NCBI RefSeq assembly: GCF_009914755.1
Contig: NC_060947.1
Reading direction: 5' to 3' (one strand)
Source: the human T2T-CHM13v2.0 reference genome, Homo sapiens
Length of the DNA stretch: 64,000 nucleotides
The notes below the pieces were generated by a model that was not told where the DNA came from, made no database searches, and was given only the letters and a program-made list of their open reading frames with translations. Positions 43,359-60,837 of the stretch are shown piece by piece (the first letter of the stretch is position 1; each line of letters begins with the position of its first letter). Position numbers and translations under genes: made by a program.

Positions 43359-46300
43359 TTATAAATACAGGAGGCAGATAAGGAAGGATCCCCAAAGAAT
43401 CTCCAACCTGCCCCACAAATGTTTGTTTACATCAGATGCTTTTGTGCAGAAGAGGGAACCAGCCCAGGGCCTTGTCTGGGGATGCCCACTACAAACTGGG
43501 GGAGCTCTCTTGCACACTGGGAGTATGGGGTGGAGCCACCAGTAATTTGTGCTTTGTGCAGGGGGAAGGAGCCTGGGCTCTTCAGCTTATTTGTGGTGTC
43601 CTGGTATTGAATCTGTGAGGTGAGAGCCTTCTTGGCAGGACCCTTTTTTTTTTTTGCTGAGAGCTTGCTTTTAATAAATTCCACTCTCCTCACCTTTCAA
43701 CGTGTCCCCATGCCTAATTTTTTTCTGGTTGTGGGAGAAGAATTTGGGTTTTAGCTTAGGTAAGGAGCAAAGATCCTGCATCATTTTGGTGGCCTGTACG
43801 TGGATGTGAGGAAACGTGAGTCAATGCAGAACAGAAAATCATTTTTCCTTTTCTTTTTGAGCCTTTTTGTCCTTGGACTTCTTCTGAAGGTAGAGGAAAC
43901 CGTGCCCCCCACCCACACCCATCGCTGATGGGGATTAGAAATGTCAGCCTTGGTCCAACCCAGCTTTTCTTCTTTTTTTTTTCTTCTTTTCTTCTTTTTT
44001 TCAGGATGGATGGACAAGTGACGGCTCCCTTCTCCCTCCCCTCCCAGCTCGGGCTGGGGCACAAGGCTCAAAGTCCCCACCTGGCAGGCTGGCCAGCATT
44101 CCCTGCCATGTGTCCACAGTGTCTTCCCCTCCCCTGCCCAAGGGGTCCAGCTCCATCCAAGCCCCAGGGAAGAAACACCAATTAAGTTTCTTTCCCTGTT
44201 GGAGGAATTCATTTGCATAAGAATAAGATATATTTTCCCCCAGGCATCTTTCCAACCCTGTATTTTAAGCTGCTTTTTCATTTTCTCCACCCTGTCAGCA
44301 GTTAACACAACCCAGCACTTTAAGCTTTTTTTCTTTTCTCCATCATGTCAGGAGTTGACTTTTAAGCAAGAGACTTTTTTTCTTTTAGAAGATGTTTTAC
44401 TAGACCAGGACCCCAACTATTACTGTTTATGTTCTCTGTAGTTTTAATTATGAAAAAGGATTTGCAAGGTTGATCTTACGCTGTAGCCAATCTTGTGCAC
44501 TTTGCCTGTTTTTCTGTATGGTTAGTAGCAAACATTGCTGCAGGCCTCCATCTTGTTTTACGCCCTGGGATGTGTGACCTGTAACCACAGAGCAGTGCTT
44601 TGTTTTAGCCTCTGCCATCTTACAGTGGTGGCCTGAGTTCAATCGTGGCTTAGGGAATGGGTCCTTTCTGGTTTGATATCTGCATGATTTTTGACATTTG
44701 TTGATTCTCCTCCCCTCCACGAACCGCCTTGAATTTTGCTTTCTCTGAGCATCTGAGAAGTTACCTTTGATAAGGTTCAAATGCCAGAAATATTGGCTGC
44801 TTCCTGCAGCTAAAGTCAAGTAATAAGGGATTTAAAATGATTTTCTTAAAGAGCACTCAGCTTAATTAAAAAGTGAATATCCAAGTTATAGGTATAGTTT
44901 AAAGGCCTTTATGTTTATCTCTTCTTGGTTCTTATTTTGCTGGAAAATTTTTTTTCTTGGTGGACTGAATTATTTTTCTCCATTTTGCCTTGCCACTCTT
45001 AATGCACACATGAGAGGCCCTAAGATAATTTCTGATGGCCTGTGACTCCTCAGGAAAAACAGAAAAGTCACCACAGATTCCATTTCAGGAGAGATCTCTG
45101 TTATCCTCATGGAACCCCAGGAATTAGGGGTGGATGGATCCCTCTCAAAATCTGTTTTTGTCTTCCAATTATACCTGTTTATTAGGCCCTAGAAACTACA
45201 TGCTTTTCTAGCCTTGCTCTTAAAGGGCTCCACCCAGAGGCTGATAATCCAATTAGGAGATTGGCAAATGAACAATCTTATAGCTACTGGATCTTCTTCT
45301 GCCTGTCTTTATAGTAATGTATGCGTTGTGTGTGTGAGGTCTATACAAAAAGAGCTCTAATTAATTGACTTAAAGAAAGATAAACACTTGGGTCATATAT
45401 TTTTAAAGGGAAGATAAAACCTATGGTACATTTTATTTCATGTGACTTTAATCTTGAGAAATAAAAACAGGCTCAAAGATTATTGGTAAAATGCAGATGT
45501 TGTGAAAATGTAAAATTTTGCCTAGGGTTAAAGGATTGTTTTGAATTAGGTAAAATAAAGCAAAAAGTTCAAACAAGTTTTGGAAGGACTGTAAAAATCA
45601 ATCTTGCAAAACAAATTTCATGTGTGAACATATTGACTAAATTCAAAAGAATATTATATAGTTTTCCTGTAATTAAGCATTGAAATAAAAGCACAAAAAT
45701 TATTCTTAAGGCACTAATATGCTATTTAGCAAAATTTGTAAATTGTTATAAAAGTTTTTGCTTTTTAAAATTTTCTGAGTCATCATTTTGGCAAAATAAA
45801 TAACTTATGGAAATCTGGAATTCTATTTCATAACATCAAGAGTTTTAAACCTCTAACGTATTTAACAGGCTTCCCTAAATCAAACTTCAGTTTCGAAAAT
45901 TGTTTTTTCTGATGCCTAATTTTGGATGTTACAGAGAGCCCCTGGAGAATCCAGAAGAGAGGTAAACAGGATTACCTGACATGTTTAGGTACATTGGATT
46001 GGCAAAATGATGTTTAACCTTCTTCAGGTTATATTTTAGGTAATAATATTAATATATGTTCCAAAATTGTATGGGATTTCTAAAATTCTATTGTCTGAGT
46101 ATATGCTATTAATCACAATTAAGGTTGTTATGTTAAGTTATTGTAAAAAATGAAGGTAACCAAATAACTTTGTCAATTGTATTTCTGACTGTAACTACCC
46201 TGGACATGTTATTATTCACAGAAAATTGTTATCTTGTTTTGATCCTTCAAATGATGGTTTATAATCAGCTATAGAATTTTGACAGGTGCTTTCAAATGCA

Positions 46301-49113
46301 GGTTTCTGATAACTTGGGAGATTGTGATATTGGAATAAAGGCCAAACGTACAAGATTCATGAAGAGCTTAAATGTTCCTGAATATCAAGCAAAACAAGAG
46401 TTAACTGAATGGACTGAACTATTAGAAAATTGAAATAATCTTTTTTGACTTCTGCTTGGAACACTGGTGATCCTTGTTTTGTTTTTCAGTGTCAAGGAAA
46501 CTTATTTTTATCTATTTATGCCTTTAATAATTGAGTAAGGTGTATTCCTGTGAACAAAATTTGGAGCATATTTGTCTCTCTCTCGCTGCCTGGCTTTTCT
46601 AGAATTTGGAAACTTGTTGTGAGTATTCTTAACTTATGGCAATATAGTTGTTTGAATCAGTGCAATAAGGATCCATTTTCTTTTGCAACAGGATGCAACT
46701 GGAGAAACTGGTTATTTTACCAAGTCTTTGAATGGGAGGATATGCTTCCCTTTAAGGAATTAAGCTTGACTTGCAGAGCCAATAAAAGCCCCTTAGGAAA
46801 ACTGGCCTTATACCTTGTCTACACAGTCCCTGCACAGGGTTTCCTAACCTGTAGTGAGTAAAGAATGTCACATTCTAACAGACCCAGGAACCCCATCCTC
46901 TTGGGACCTCAAGAGGCGTGTACTCAACTCACAGGTATTTGAGGGTACAAACTCACAGCTGCTCTCTATTTCAGAAAGTTCTATCTGAGATTCCTTGTGG
47001 AACAGATTTCCATCAAAGCCAAGCTAAAAGGCCTATGTAAAAAAAATTATTCTTGCTGCACTTTGTGCAAATAATCAGGACAAATATAGACTAAAGTCTA
47101 TTTTGCAAAAAACTCAGTACTATCATGATTTGTTTTTAACAAAATTGAGGACTAGAGAGACAGGAATTATGTTTTAGAACTTATCATATGTCATTAAATT
47201 CTACACACATTAATTTTTTTAAGTTTTTTGCCTGCATTTTAGACTAGCCGTGCCTACTCCTATGAACCAACCAGTGATCTCTGACTGCAGCTCAGAAGAA
47301 CAAAAGGGGTTGGGTAATATAAAAATCTGGATGAATATTCTAGTTCTGATCAATTATCCTGCAGATCCTGTTGGGTGATGGGAATAAAAAGGGTACCCAT
47401 CACCTGGAGGTTTCCTTTTGGGGAAAGTAAGACCAAGGGAGGTAACCAAAGCCAAGCCCCATGCACTCATATATTAGCAAGTATAACTGTAGCCACCAGT
47501 TATCTGGGCATGTCACAGTACATCTTTTTCTCTCCCTTGTTGAAGGAGCACTCAATTTTACAGATTCACCTTAGCATTTTGGCTTATAGTAATGAGTCCA
47601 TGCCAACCCCTGAGACACGTTTTTTTTTTTTTATCTCAAACTCAATTCCAAGCTTCAAGTCAAAGCCCTAGGAAAGAAAACTGGATCTAAGGGATCCAGA
47701 GGCTGACAATAACAGAAGTTAAAAGGCACATAGCAAGTGAACATAACTAATTTCTGCCAATTAAGCCAAGCTTCCTGTTCATAGATAAATGTCATGTTAG
47801 TATCCATGGAATAAATGAGGTCTAGAGAATTCAAAGGCTACTGAGAGCAGGGGAGACAGGGCATACATGGGTGAGAGCAGATATTCCCACCTCCTAGGCA
47901 CCCCCTGTTAACATGGATGAAAGCCTCTTTGACACCCATGGGCAGCAACTTGTCACAGTTGCTGGGACTTGGGGATATAAGGATGGAAGAAGAAAGAGGG
48001 ATCTCTCACTTTTCCTCACATACCCCAAGTATTTTCTAGGAAGAGAAGGGAACCTGGGACTCCTCGCTCCCCTCTTTCTAGATGAGTAGGCATTCATCTT
48101 CAGTCTGTACCCCTTTCAAATGCATCCTGAACCCCTGGGATTCCTTTGAAAAAAAAAATCAAAACACCTTTTTTTTTTTCTTTTTCCTCCTCTGTACTCT
48201 CTTCACTGACAGGTAATTGTGGCTCCATACTATGGGACATGCCACTCAGCTGCATCCTCCAAATTGGAAAAAGTTAATTTCCCAAGCCTTAAACTGGTTG
48301 GCTTAGGATTGGGCTCGGGGAAAGGGACCCAGAGGCCTGACCTGCCAGCAAAAGGGTAAAAGTTTTTTTAACCAGTCAGGCTTTTGGCTCCCTCTCCCTG
48401 AGCAAACTGGTAAAAGGCCTTGGGATATTTGAACCATCCTTACTCCCCCTTGCTTCATTTTGATACATATTTTCCAATAACCTGGTTTGTCTCTTCTCAA
48501 CTTCAGGCCATAAAACTCCAAATGGTCATGCAAGTGGAGCCTGTGACGATGTCCCTTTCTGCCAGGGACCCTTAGATAGATAGGCCTTTGAGGGAGACCT
48601 GACTGCCCTTTTTTCCAAAACAGTGCCCCCTGTCAGCAGGAAGCAATTAAGATCACTCTTCATCCTTATCCTTATCCTTATTCTAATGGCAGTTAGATGC
48701 ACTTTTTTTTTGGTGGGGAGTGATAGATGCAGGAGGCAGATAAGGGAGGTTCCCGAGAATCTCCAACCTGCCTCACAAGTGTTTACATCAGATGCTTTTG
48801 TGCAGATGAAGGAAATGGCCCAGGGACTTGTATGGGTGTGTTTGCAATGGGTTGGGAGAGTGGGGTGGAGCCAACAGGAATTCATGCCTTGTGCTGTGGG
48901 GAGAAGCCTGGGCTCTTCAGTTCATGAGTGGTGGCCCAGTATTCAATCTGTGAGGTGGGAGCCTTCTTGGCAGGACCCCTTTTTTCATGGAGACCTTTCT
49001 TTTAATAAATTTGTTCTCCTCATCTTTCAACGTGTCTGTGTGCCTAATGTTTTTCTGGTCATCGGACAAGAACCTAGGTTTTAGCTGAGCTAAAGAACAA
49101 AACTCCTGCATCA
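43359..49113 (+). mobile_element. Full-length non-autonomous ERV1 provirus (MER83/MER61-like LTRs, MER4-group interior)
   Basis: Direct LTRs at 43359-43783 and 48721-49113, both ending cctgcatca; PBS after the 5' LTR; G-rich tract before the 3' LTR; 4-bp flanks ctaa/ctac; no pol ORF. The family name is from memory. Confidence 0.88.
43787..43804 (+). promoter_or_regulatory. Primer binding site complementary to tRNA-Ile(AAT) 3' end
   Basis: tggtggcctgtacgtgga versus expected TGGTGGCCCGTACGGGGA (16/18), 3 nt after the LTR end. Confidence 0.8.
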
Positions 49114-49258
49114 CTACTATGAGGAAGTGGCAGAATGGAGTAGGGGCGCTGTTTAAGAATGGATTTGGCCAGTTACTAACATCTATGAAGATGTTTCAAG
49201 TTGGACTATATAGAGGGCAGTTTTATCAGTGTCAAGACAATTCCTTTGCTCCAATGAC

Positions 49259-49259
<1 letters not shown>

Positions 49260-49298
<39 letters not shown>
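49260..49298. repeat. (TG)n microsatellite, about 19 units
   Basis: Directly visible. Confidence 0.98.
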
Positions 49299-49299
<1 letters not shown>

Positions 49300-49882
49300 A
49301 GGGTGAGTGTGTGTAGGGCCTAGTAGCTCCCTGTGTGCATAGCCTCCAACTAGGTGCAATAAAAGATACCAGGAAATCAGAGACAAAACCCCCCTCCCCA
49401 AGGTTGTTATATACAATAGAGATTCAAAGACAGACAACATACTTAGAAAAACTACCCAAATCACAAACAAAAATAAAAAAATAAATATATTCATAATCAT
49501 CACAGCTAGACAAAGCTATATACAATAAAACCTCAATTAACTAATCAAATCACTTCATATTTATGCTTTTCTCATACTCTTCATTTAAGGAAAAAACAGT
49601 GGCAAAAAGAACCAATGCAGGAAATTTTAATGATAATACCTATCAGTTATGTACAAGAGTGAAAAGAGACTTATCTTTTTCTTGTAGTTAACAGTCCTTC
49701 ATAAGAGTTATTGAGAACAATAAAGTACATTTGCATATGACAATACAATTGACAAAGTACTATTCATGTATATTATTTCATTTAATTCTCACCCCAACTA
49801 GGGAAGTAGGTGTTTTCATGATTCACATATTTCAAATGAGGAAACTGATGTTCTAGTGATCTAAGTCAGTGAAACATCCTCA

Positions 49883-52606
<2,724 letters not shown>

Positions 52607-53994
52607 AAAAGATTTCCATTTTACCCAGTGTATTATTTTTACTAAGAGGAAGAAGTCATCCTGGACACTTTAAAGGGACTTTCAATAAGAAATAAAATCA
52701 TTTTAAATTTTACACAAAATGTTCAGGTTAATTTTAAATTTACATAGGATAAAATGAAAGAATTAATCCTGCTTAAAGTTTCTAGTGTTGTTGCTAAGGC
52801 TACAACTACTCTTTATTTCAGAGTAAAGAGCCCACAGCTTTTACATTTTAAGCTGTTATATTAAGCTTTGTGAAATACGTGCAATTTATTGTAGTAACAA
52901 CATTGTTTTTGGAACCTGACATATCAATATAGAAAATATATATCTGACACTTACCAGGTGGCCTAGGCCAGGTCACAGTTCTTCTGTGGGTTTCTACAGA
53001 GTATAAGGGTTAAGATCTGGGTTCTTGAGGAAGATACAGTTTGAATCCTAGCTCTTCTACTTACCAGCTGTCTGGTTTGGAACAAGATAATTAATCTCCT
53101 TGGTCCTCAAGTTTTCACTTCCATAAACTTCACAGGGTTGTTATTAGAAATAAATAACACAATTTAAGCCTCCAGTATAATTCCGAATACCTATAAGAGC
53201 CTAATTCGTTGTAGTGATTATTATTTCTTTCAGCCTAGGAGCCAGTGGAAATTGGCAACTATTAGGCAAACACACTATGCAGGCTTGGCTAGTAAATTCA
53301 ACCAACAAACATACATTCGTTATGCCATAAATCACTGGCACAAAGGCAAGATTCATACCATAATGCATAGAAAACCTCATCTCAACCTCATTTAATAGTG
53401 TATTTCCTGGAAGTCCGGATTTGCTAATAAGGAACACCTATTTTAGCCTAAAAAATGGATCTGCCATTCCCCCTTCAAAAATGTGGAACCAATCAAAACA
53501 CAAAATTATTGAGGCTCCTCATGTAAACTAACTAACTAGAGAGGGGCTAACACCCAACCAACTGCTATTCAGTTAGCCTGGAAAGCTAGTGCAGTGAAAA
53601 CTGTTTATGATTAGTGGCCACAGATATGTGGGTTGGAGTCTTAGCTATGGGCTTCAATAATGCCTCTGAATCTCAGATTTCTCATCTGTAAATATGGATA
53701 GTAATACTTACAAGTCAGAGATTTTGGTAAAGATTAGAGATACTTAAAGTTCCTAGCTGGGGCCAATAGTACATATTCCACGAAGGAAATCTTTACTATT
53801 ATGAATTGTATTTACCTTTTCATCTTCAAGTTAACTGAGGTAGTAAGTATTCTGCCTTACTTTTGATCACACTTTTTGATGGGCCTTTAATGAGGCCTCT
53901 TCCAACAAACTGAGAATAGCCAGGCACTACTCAACCAATTCAGTATAAAGCAGTAAAATGTGTAATTACCTAATTTCTTTTCATAAAATGATAC

Positions 53995-56360
53995 CAGTGC
54001 ATACTTCATTTTATTGCACTTTGCTTTATTGGCCTTCACAGATACTGCATTTTTTTAAACAAATTGAAGGTTTGTGGCAATCCTCTGTCAAGCAAGACTA
54101 TCAGTGCCATTTTTGCAACAGCATGTGCTCACTTCATGTTTCTGTGTCACATTTTGCTAATTTTCCAAATATTTTAAACCTGTTCATTATTATTTCTGTT
54201 ATGGTAATCTATACTCAGTGGTCTTTGATGTTACTCTTGTAATCTGTGGGGTCCCACCAACCATGCCTATGTAAGATGGCAAATTTAATCAATAAATGTG
54301 TGTTCTGGCTGCTACACAGACTGGTCATTTCCTCATCTCTCTCCCTCTCCTCGGGCCTCCCTATCCCCTGAGATAACTATATTGAAATTAGGACAACTAA
54401 TAACCCTAAAATGGCCCCTATGTGTTCAAATGAAAGGAAAAGTTGCACATCTCCCATTTTAAATTAAAAGATAGAAAGGATTAAGTTTAGTGAGGAAGGC
54501 ATGTTGAAAGCCAAGAGAGGTCAAAACTAGGCCTCTTGCACCAGGCAGTTAGCCAAGCTGTAAATGCCAAGGAAAAGTTATTGGAGGAAATTAAAAGTGC
54601 TACTACAGTAAAGACATGAGTGATAAGAAAGCAAAACAGCTTTGTTGCTAATATGGAGAAAGTTTTAGTGATCTGGATAAGAGGTTAAACAAGCCACAAC
54701 ATTTCCCTAAACCGAAGTCTACTCCAGAGCAAAGCTCTAACTCTCTTCCATTCTGTGAAGGCTAAGAGAGGTAAGGAAGCTACGGAAGAAAAGTTCGAAT
54801 CTAGCAGAGGTTGGTTCATGATGTTTAAGAAAAAAAACCATCTCTGTAACATAAAACTACAAGGTGAAGAAAAAGTGCTGATGTAGACACTGCAGCAAGT
54901 TATCCAGAAGATCTGGCTAAGATAATTGATGAATGTAGCCACACTCAACAACAGATTTTCAATGTAGATGAAACAGAATTATATTGGAAGAAGATGCTAT
55001 CCAGGATGTTATTAGGTAGAGAAAGGAAGTCAATGCCTGGTTTCAAACCTTCAAAGGACAGTCTGATTCTCTTGCTAATGCAGCTGTGGACATTAAGTTG
55101 AAGCCAATGCTCATTTACCACTCTGAAAATCTAGGGCTCTTAAAAGTTATTATCAATCTACTCTGCCAATGCTCCATAAATGTAACAACAAAGCCTGGAT
55201 GACAGCACATCTGTTTACAGCATGGTTTATGGAATATTTAAAGCCCACTCTTGAGAATTACTGCTCAGAAAAAAAAACATATTTCAAAAATACTACTGCT
55301 CATCGACAATGCACCTAAGTCACCCAAAAGCTCTGATGGAGATCTACAAGGAGATTAATATTTTCATGCCTGCTAACACAACATTCATTTGCAGACCGAG
55401 TAATAATTTTGACATTTAAGTCTTATTAGTTAAGAAATACATTTTGTAAGGCGACAGGTGCCACAGATAGTGATTCCTCTGATAGATCTGAGAGAAGTAA
55501 ATCAAAAACCTTCTGGAAAGGATTCACCATTCTAGATGTCATTAAGAACATTTGTGATTCATGAGAGGAGGTCAAAATATCAACATTAATAAGAATTTGG
55601 AAGAAGTTGATTACAAACCTCATGCATGACTTTGAGGAGCTCAAGACTTCAATGGAGAAAGTAATTGCACATGTGGTGGAATAGGAAGAAAATTAGAATT
55701 AGAAGTGGAACCTGAAGATATTACTGAATTGCTGCAATCTAATGATAAAACTTGAATGAATGAGGAGTTGCTTCTTATAGTTGAGCAAATAAAGTGGCTT
55801 ATTGAGATGAAATCTACTCCTGGTGAAGACGCTGTGAACATTGTTGAAATGACATCAAAGGATTTAGACTATTCCATAAACTTTTTTGATAAAGCAGAAG
55901 CAGGGTTTGAGAGGACTGACTCCAATTTTGAAAGAATTTCTACTGAGGGTAAAATTCTATTAAACATAATCATATGCAAATAAATTATTGTTTGTGAAAG
56001 AACGTGTCTATCGATATGACAAATTTCATAGTTGTTTTATTTTAAGGAACTGCCACAGCCTCCTTACCCTTCAGCAACCACCAACCGGATCAGTCAGAAG
56101 CCATTAACATCAAGGGAAGACCCTCCACCATCAAAAAAAATTACAACTTGGTGAAGGCTTAGATTATCATTAACATTTTTCAACTATAAAGTATTCTTAA
56201 GGTATGCACATTATTTTTATTTATAATACTATTGCACACTTAATAGACTGCAGTGTAGTGTAAATTTAACTTTTATATGCCACTGGGAAAGCAAAAAAAA
56301 GTGTGACTTGCTTTATTGAGAGTTTGGGTCCAAACCTGCAATATCTCCATTGTGTGCCTG
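53995..56360 (+). mobile_element. Essentially full-length Tigger1 DNA transposon with a disrupted transposase
   Basis: Ends cagtgcatacttc / tgtgtgcctg; about 2.4 kb; transposase start near 54411 (atggcccctatgtgttcaaatgaaaggaaaagt); many stops. Confidence 0.92.
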
Positions 56361-56551
56361 AATGCATAATAGAGTCATTGGTAATTCATAAATTTGTTTC
56401 AGCCAATGGTTTCAAATTTTTTATTGAGTCTCTTGATTTTTGCAACAAGTAAACATAACTAATGTTCTAAGTTTCTATCATTTCTACTTTTATTCCTACT
56501 ATTTGAAGGTGGTGATACGATTATTGGGAAGCAGTAAGAAAAAATAAAGTA

Positions 56552-56857
<306 letters not shown>

Positions 56858-56869
56858 TTAACTTTTATA

Positions 56870-57080
56870 ACTTTTATTGAGCTCCCATTATGTGCCATAC
56901 ACTCTGTTAGGCAATTACATATATTATTTTACTATAGCAGCACAACATGCCTAAAAGCATATGAATTCTTTTGGTTCCCATTTTAGAGATGGATAATTGA
57001 GCTTAAATACCTTACCTAAGTCACACAGCCAGTAGTGGCTGATACAGAAACTGAAGTGAATACTTTGCTGTTTCATTACA
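56870..57080 (-). mobile_element. MIR
   Basis: ttattgagctcccattatgtgcca...cccattttagagatgg...cctaagtcacacagccagtagtggc. Similar MIR relics lie at about 40880-41030, 43085-43330, 49730-49870, 52990-53200, 53620-53800 and 58260-58490. Confidence 0.7.
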
Positions 57081-60000
57081 TGAGCCTGAATTGAGATTGC
57101 TGTACACTTCTAGATCTGAGATAATCAGCCTCAGGTTAATGAGGAAATAGCAGTGGCAATTTCACTTTGAGAACAAGATGTATTCTGTGCCTAGCCAAAG
57201 TGTTATAAGGCCTGACTCCAAATGATGTGGGCCCATTTTCTTTCATACCTTCTGTTAACTTTCATAAGTCATCTATGCTGCCTATTGTTCCCTTCAGCCT
57301 ATTTGTCCTGAGGATTTACTAATTCAATTATTTTATTCTTCCAGTATTGATCCTTACATCATGCACTAAGCCTTCGCTGGTCCTGTTCTCTGAAGCACAA
57401 TGATTTCCCATCAAGTTTTAATTCTGCTGTGCACTCAACTAGATCAGCATCACCTTCTCCTTGGTATTCAGCTGCCAAGATTTCCTTATTAGACTTTAAA
57501 ATTAGATTTCCCTGCTGCCTGGAGCAGGGCCTGTTGTTTCTCTGAAATGGTGGAATAATTTTAGTACCTTTTCAAGGAAGCTGTATATGGAACTACAGCT
57601 CAATTTTGAACAAAGGGACTATATGACCCAACTGTGATGCAGTTCAGTGGTTTCAACTGAGTTCACAAAAAGTCGTATTATAATGATTACTAATTCAAGA
57701 ATTCTTGACTATGTGGAAAATAATTTGAAATATTTATTTGTAAAATTTTGTTGAAAATTCATAATGTAGATGAAGGGTGATAAGAAGGGGTAGTGAATGA
57801 AAATGATTAGAAATCAGAAAAGAAACATTGGATTATAGTATTTCAAAAAATGACACTAGAGAAATTACATGTCACTTTTTCTGTTGAAGGTATTTCTTGT
57901 CTTCTCTGATATCCTACATAATGACAACTATAAGACCCATCTATTAGAGAGCCCAGATAGATCATATATAATTGAAAAAACAAGTCAGCGAAATCAGCCA
58001 CATATTTGATAGGAGGAATTATGTTATATGTGACTGAGCACTAGAATCAGAGTAGGAAGATTCGGCCTCATCAAGAGAGCAGTTTTAGTCAAGTAGGAAG
58101 AATAGAAGTCTGTAGTTAAGAGCAGTTAGTGGAAAAGAATAGACAGCCTTCTTTCAGTCAGGGTTTTGAACTTGGTGAGTTATCACAAATAAGAAAGAGT
58201 TGTTCAAGGATAGGGAAAAAGTGAGCTTCATAATTTGGGTCAATATCATCATTTTTAGCATAATACCTAACAAGTTAGTTCTTACCATATGCCAGGTGCT
58301 CTAATAAGCATTTAACGTAGATTATCTCACTCAGTACTTGAAACTACCCTGTTTTTATATGGATTTAAAAAATAAAGCTCATAAAGGCTAGGAGATTTGT
58401 TCACAGTCACACAAAACTTAAGTTGTGGAATTGGAATTCATGTCTAGGTGTTCTGACTCCAGAGTATGTGCTTATACACACTATGCTATGACAGCTGTCA
58501 AGTGTAAGCAGAAAAAAATAAAAGAGGAAAGAAGATTCCAAAAAGTTGAATACAGTTATAATCGATGAATTGCACTCTTAGAGAAAGAGGGAAGAAAAGG
58601 ACACAAATCATTTGCTTTAGAAATTAAAGAAAAGAAGGGTGGAGGAAAATGGTGGAACAAAGGGGATTCACTGATCATCCCACCCTCAGAGGACACCAAA
58701 TTAAGAACTATCTTCACAAAAAAGCCACCTTCGAAGAACCAAAAATCAGGTAGGCACTCATGATACCTGATTTTAACTTCATATCACTGAAAAAGGCACT
58801 GAAAGAGGTAAGCAAAACAGTCTTGAATTGCTGATGTGACCTCCTCCCATCCCCAGCAGTAGTGAGGTGCAGAGAGCATTTCTGTGGTCTTGGGAGAGAG
58901 AGAGCCAGCAACTGTGAGACATTGAACTCAGTGCTGCCTTTATTATAGCAGAAAGCAAAACTAGACAAATTCAGTTGATGCCCACTCATGTAGGGAGCAT
59001 TTAAACTAGCCCTAGCAAGAGGAAAGTTGCCCACCCCAGCAGTTGGAATTTGAATTTCAGCAAGACTTGCCACCTACCATGAGCTAAAGTGCTCTAGGGC
59101 CCCAAATGAACCGGAAAGGTAGTCTAGGCCACAAGGACTGCAACACCTATGTGAGTCCTAGTGCTGAACTGGGCCCAGAGCTAGTGAGCTGGTGGGGCTT
59201 TACCTTTCCCCTAATCCTGGGCTGCACAACTCGTGGCTTCATAAAAGACATCTTCCTTCCACTTGAGGTAAGAAGACAGAAGATTGGGGAGGGCTTCATC
59301 TTACATCTTGGATACAAGTTCAGCCACAGCAGGATAGATTACTGGTCAGAGTCACAAGGACCCTTTTTCAGGCCCTAGTTCCTGGACAACATTTCTAGAC
59401 ACACTCTGGGCCAGAAGGGAACACACTCTTGGAGGTAAGAATCCAGTCCTGGCAAAATTAATCACACGCTGACTAAGGAGCCCTTGGGGCCTGAATAATC
59501 AGCAGCAATACCAAGGTACTACATTGAGGGCCTTTGGTTAGACTCTGAGGCTTGCTAGCTTCAAATAAGACTCAGCACATTCCCAGCTGTGGTGGCTACA
59601 GGACAAGACTCCTGCTACTTGAGAAAAACAAAGGCAAAAATAAAGGAGACTTTGTCTTGCACATTAGGTACCAGCTTGGCCAAAGAGTAGAGCACCAAGT
59701 GGGCTCTTGGGGTTCCTGATTCCAGAACTTGGCTTTTAGACAGCATTTCTGAACTAGCCCTGGGCCAGAGGGAAGCCAACTGCCCTGAAGGGTGAGTCTC
59801 TGGCCAGGCAGCACTTCACACAAGCAGACTGAATAAACCTTTGGCCTTAAGGAAATATCAGTAGTAGTCTGGCAGTAACCCCAATGGGCCTGTGGTGGCA
59901 GTGACCACTGGGTGAAGCTTCCCTGCCTTTGGAAAGGGAGGTGAACAGTGGGGAAAACCAGTGTCTTGTGCAACTTGTGGTGCAGTTGCACCACAACTGC

Positions 60001-60837
60001 AGTATGGATAGAACACCAGGTAGAATTCTAAGGCTTTTTATTCTAGTTCCTGGTTCCTGGACAGCACCTCTGGACCTGCCCAGGGCCTGGGTGAACTCCC
60101 TGCCCTTAATTGAAGGAAATAGTCATGGCTGTTTTTGCCACTTGCTGATTGTAGAGCTGCAGGGCTTTTAGCAAACATAGACAGTAGCCAAGGAGTGGTC
60201 ACAGCATGCCTTCGGCAAGACTCAATGCTGTGCTGGCTTCAGGTCTGACCCAGTGCAGTAATAGGGTTGATGGCCACAGAGGTGTTTTTGTCACTCTACT
60301 CCCAGCTTCAGGTAGCTCAGAACACAGAGAAAGACTCCATTTCCCTGAGAAAAAGTAAAGGAAGAAAATAGGAGTCTCTGCCTGGTAATCCAGAGAATTC
60401 TTCTGGATCTTGCCCAAGATCATCAAGGTGATACCTCAACAAGTTTGCAAGAACCACAGTGTTACTGGTCTTGGGGTGGTCACTAAAGTAGCTACCAATT
60501 AGATAACAACACCCAAGTTCTTTCAAGTATCTGAAAAGCCTTCCCAAGAAAGATGGCTACAAATAAGCCCAGAAAGTGAAGACTATAATAAATGCCTAAC
60601 ACTTCAATGCCCAAACATCAAAGAACATCTACTAGAATCAACACCATCCAGAAAAAACATGACCTCACCAAATGAACTAAATAAACCACAAGGGAACAAT
60701 CCTGGAGAAACAGAGATATGTGATCTCTTAGAGAATTCAAAATACATGTGTTGAGAAAACTCAAAGAAATTCAAGATATGACAGAGAAAGAATTCAGAAT
60801 TCTATCAGATAAATTTAATACAGAGATTTAAATAATT

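Noticed and set aside
43756-44819. ORF cluster in the ERV leader
   Set aside because: Low-complexity, mostly antisense, with no gag or pol motifs
54411-55780. Domesticated Tigger transposase (TIGD-like gene)
   Set aside because: Multiple stops and frameshifts; no long ORF in the track
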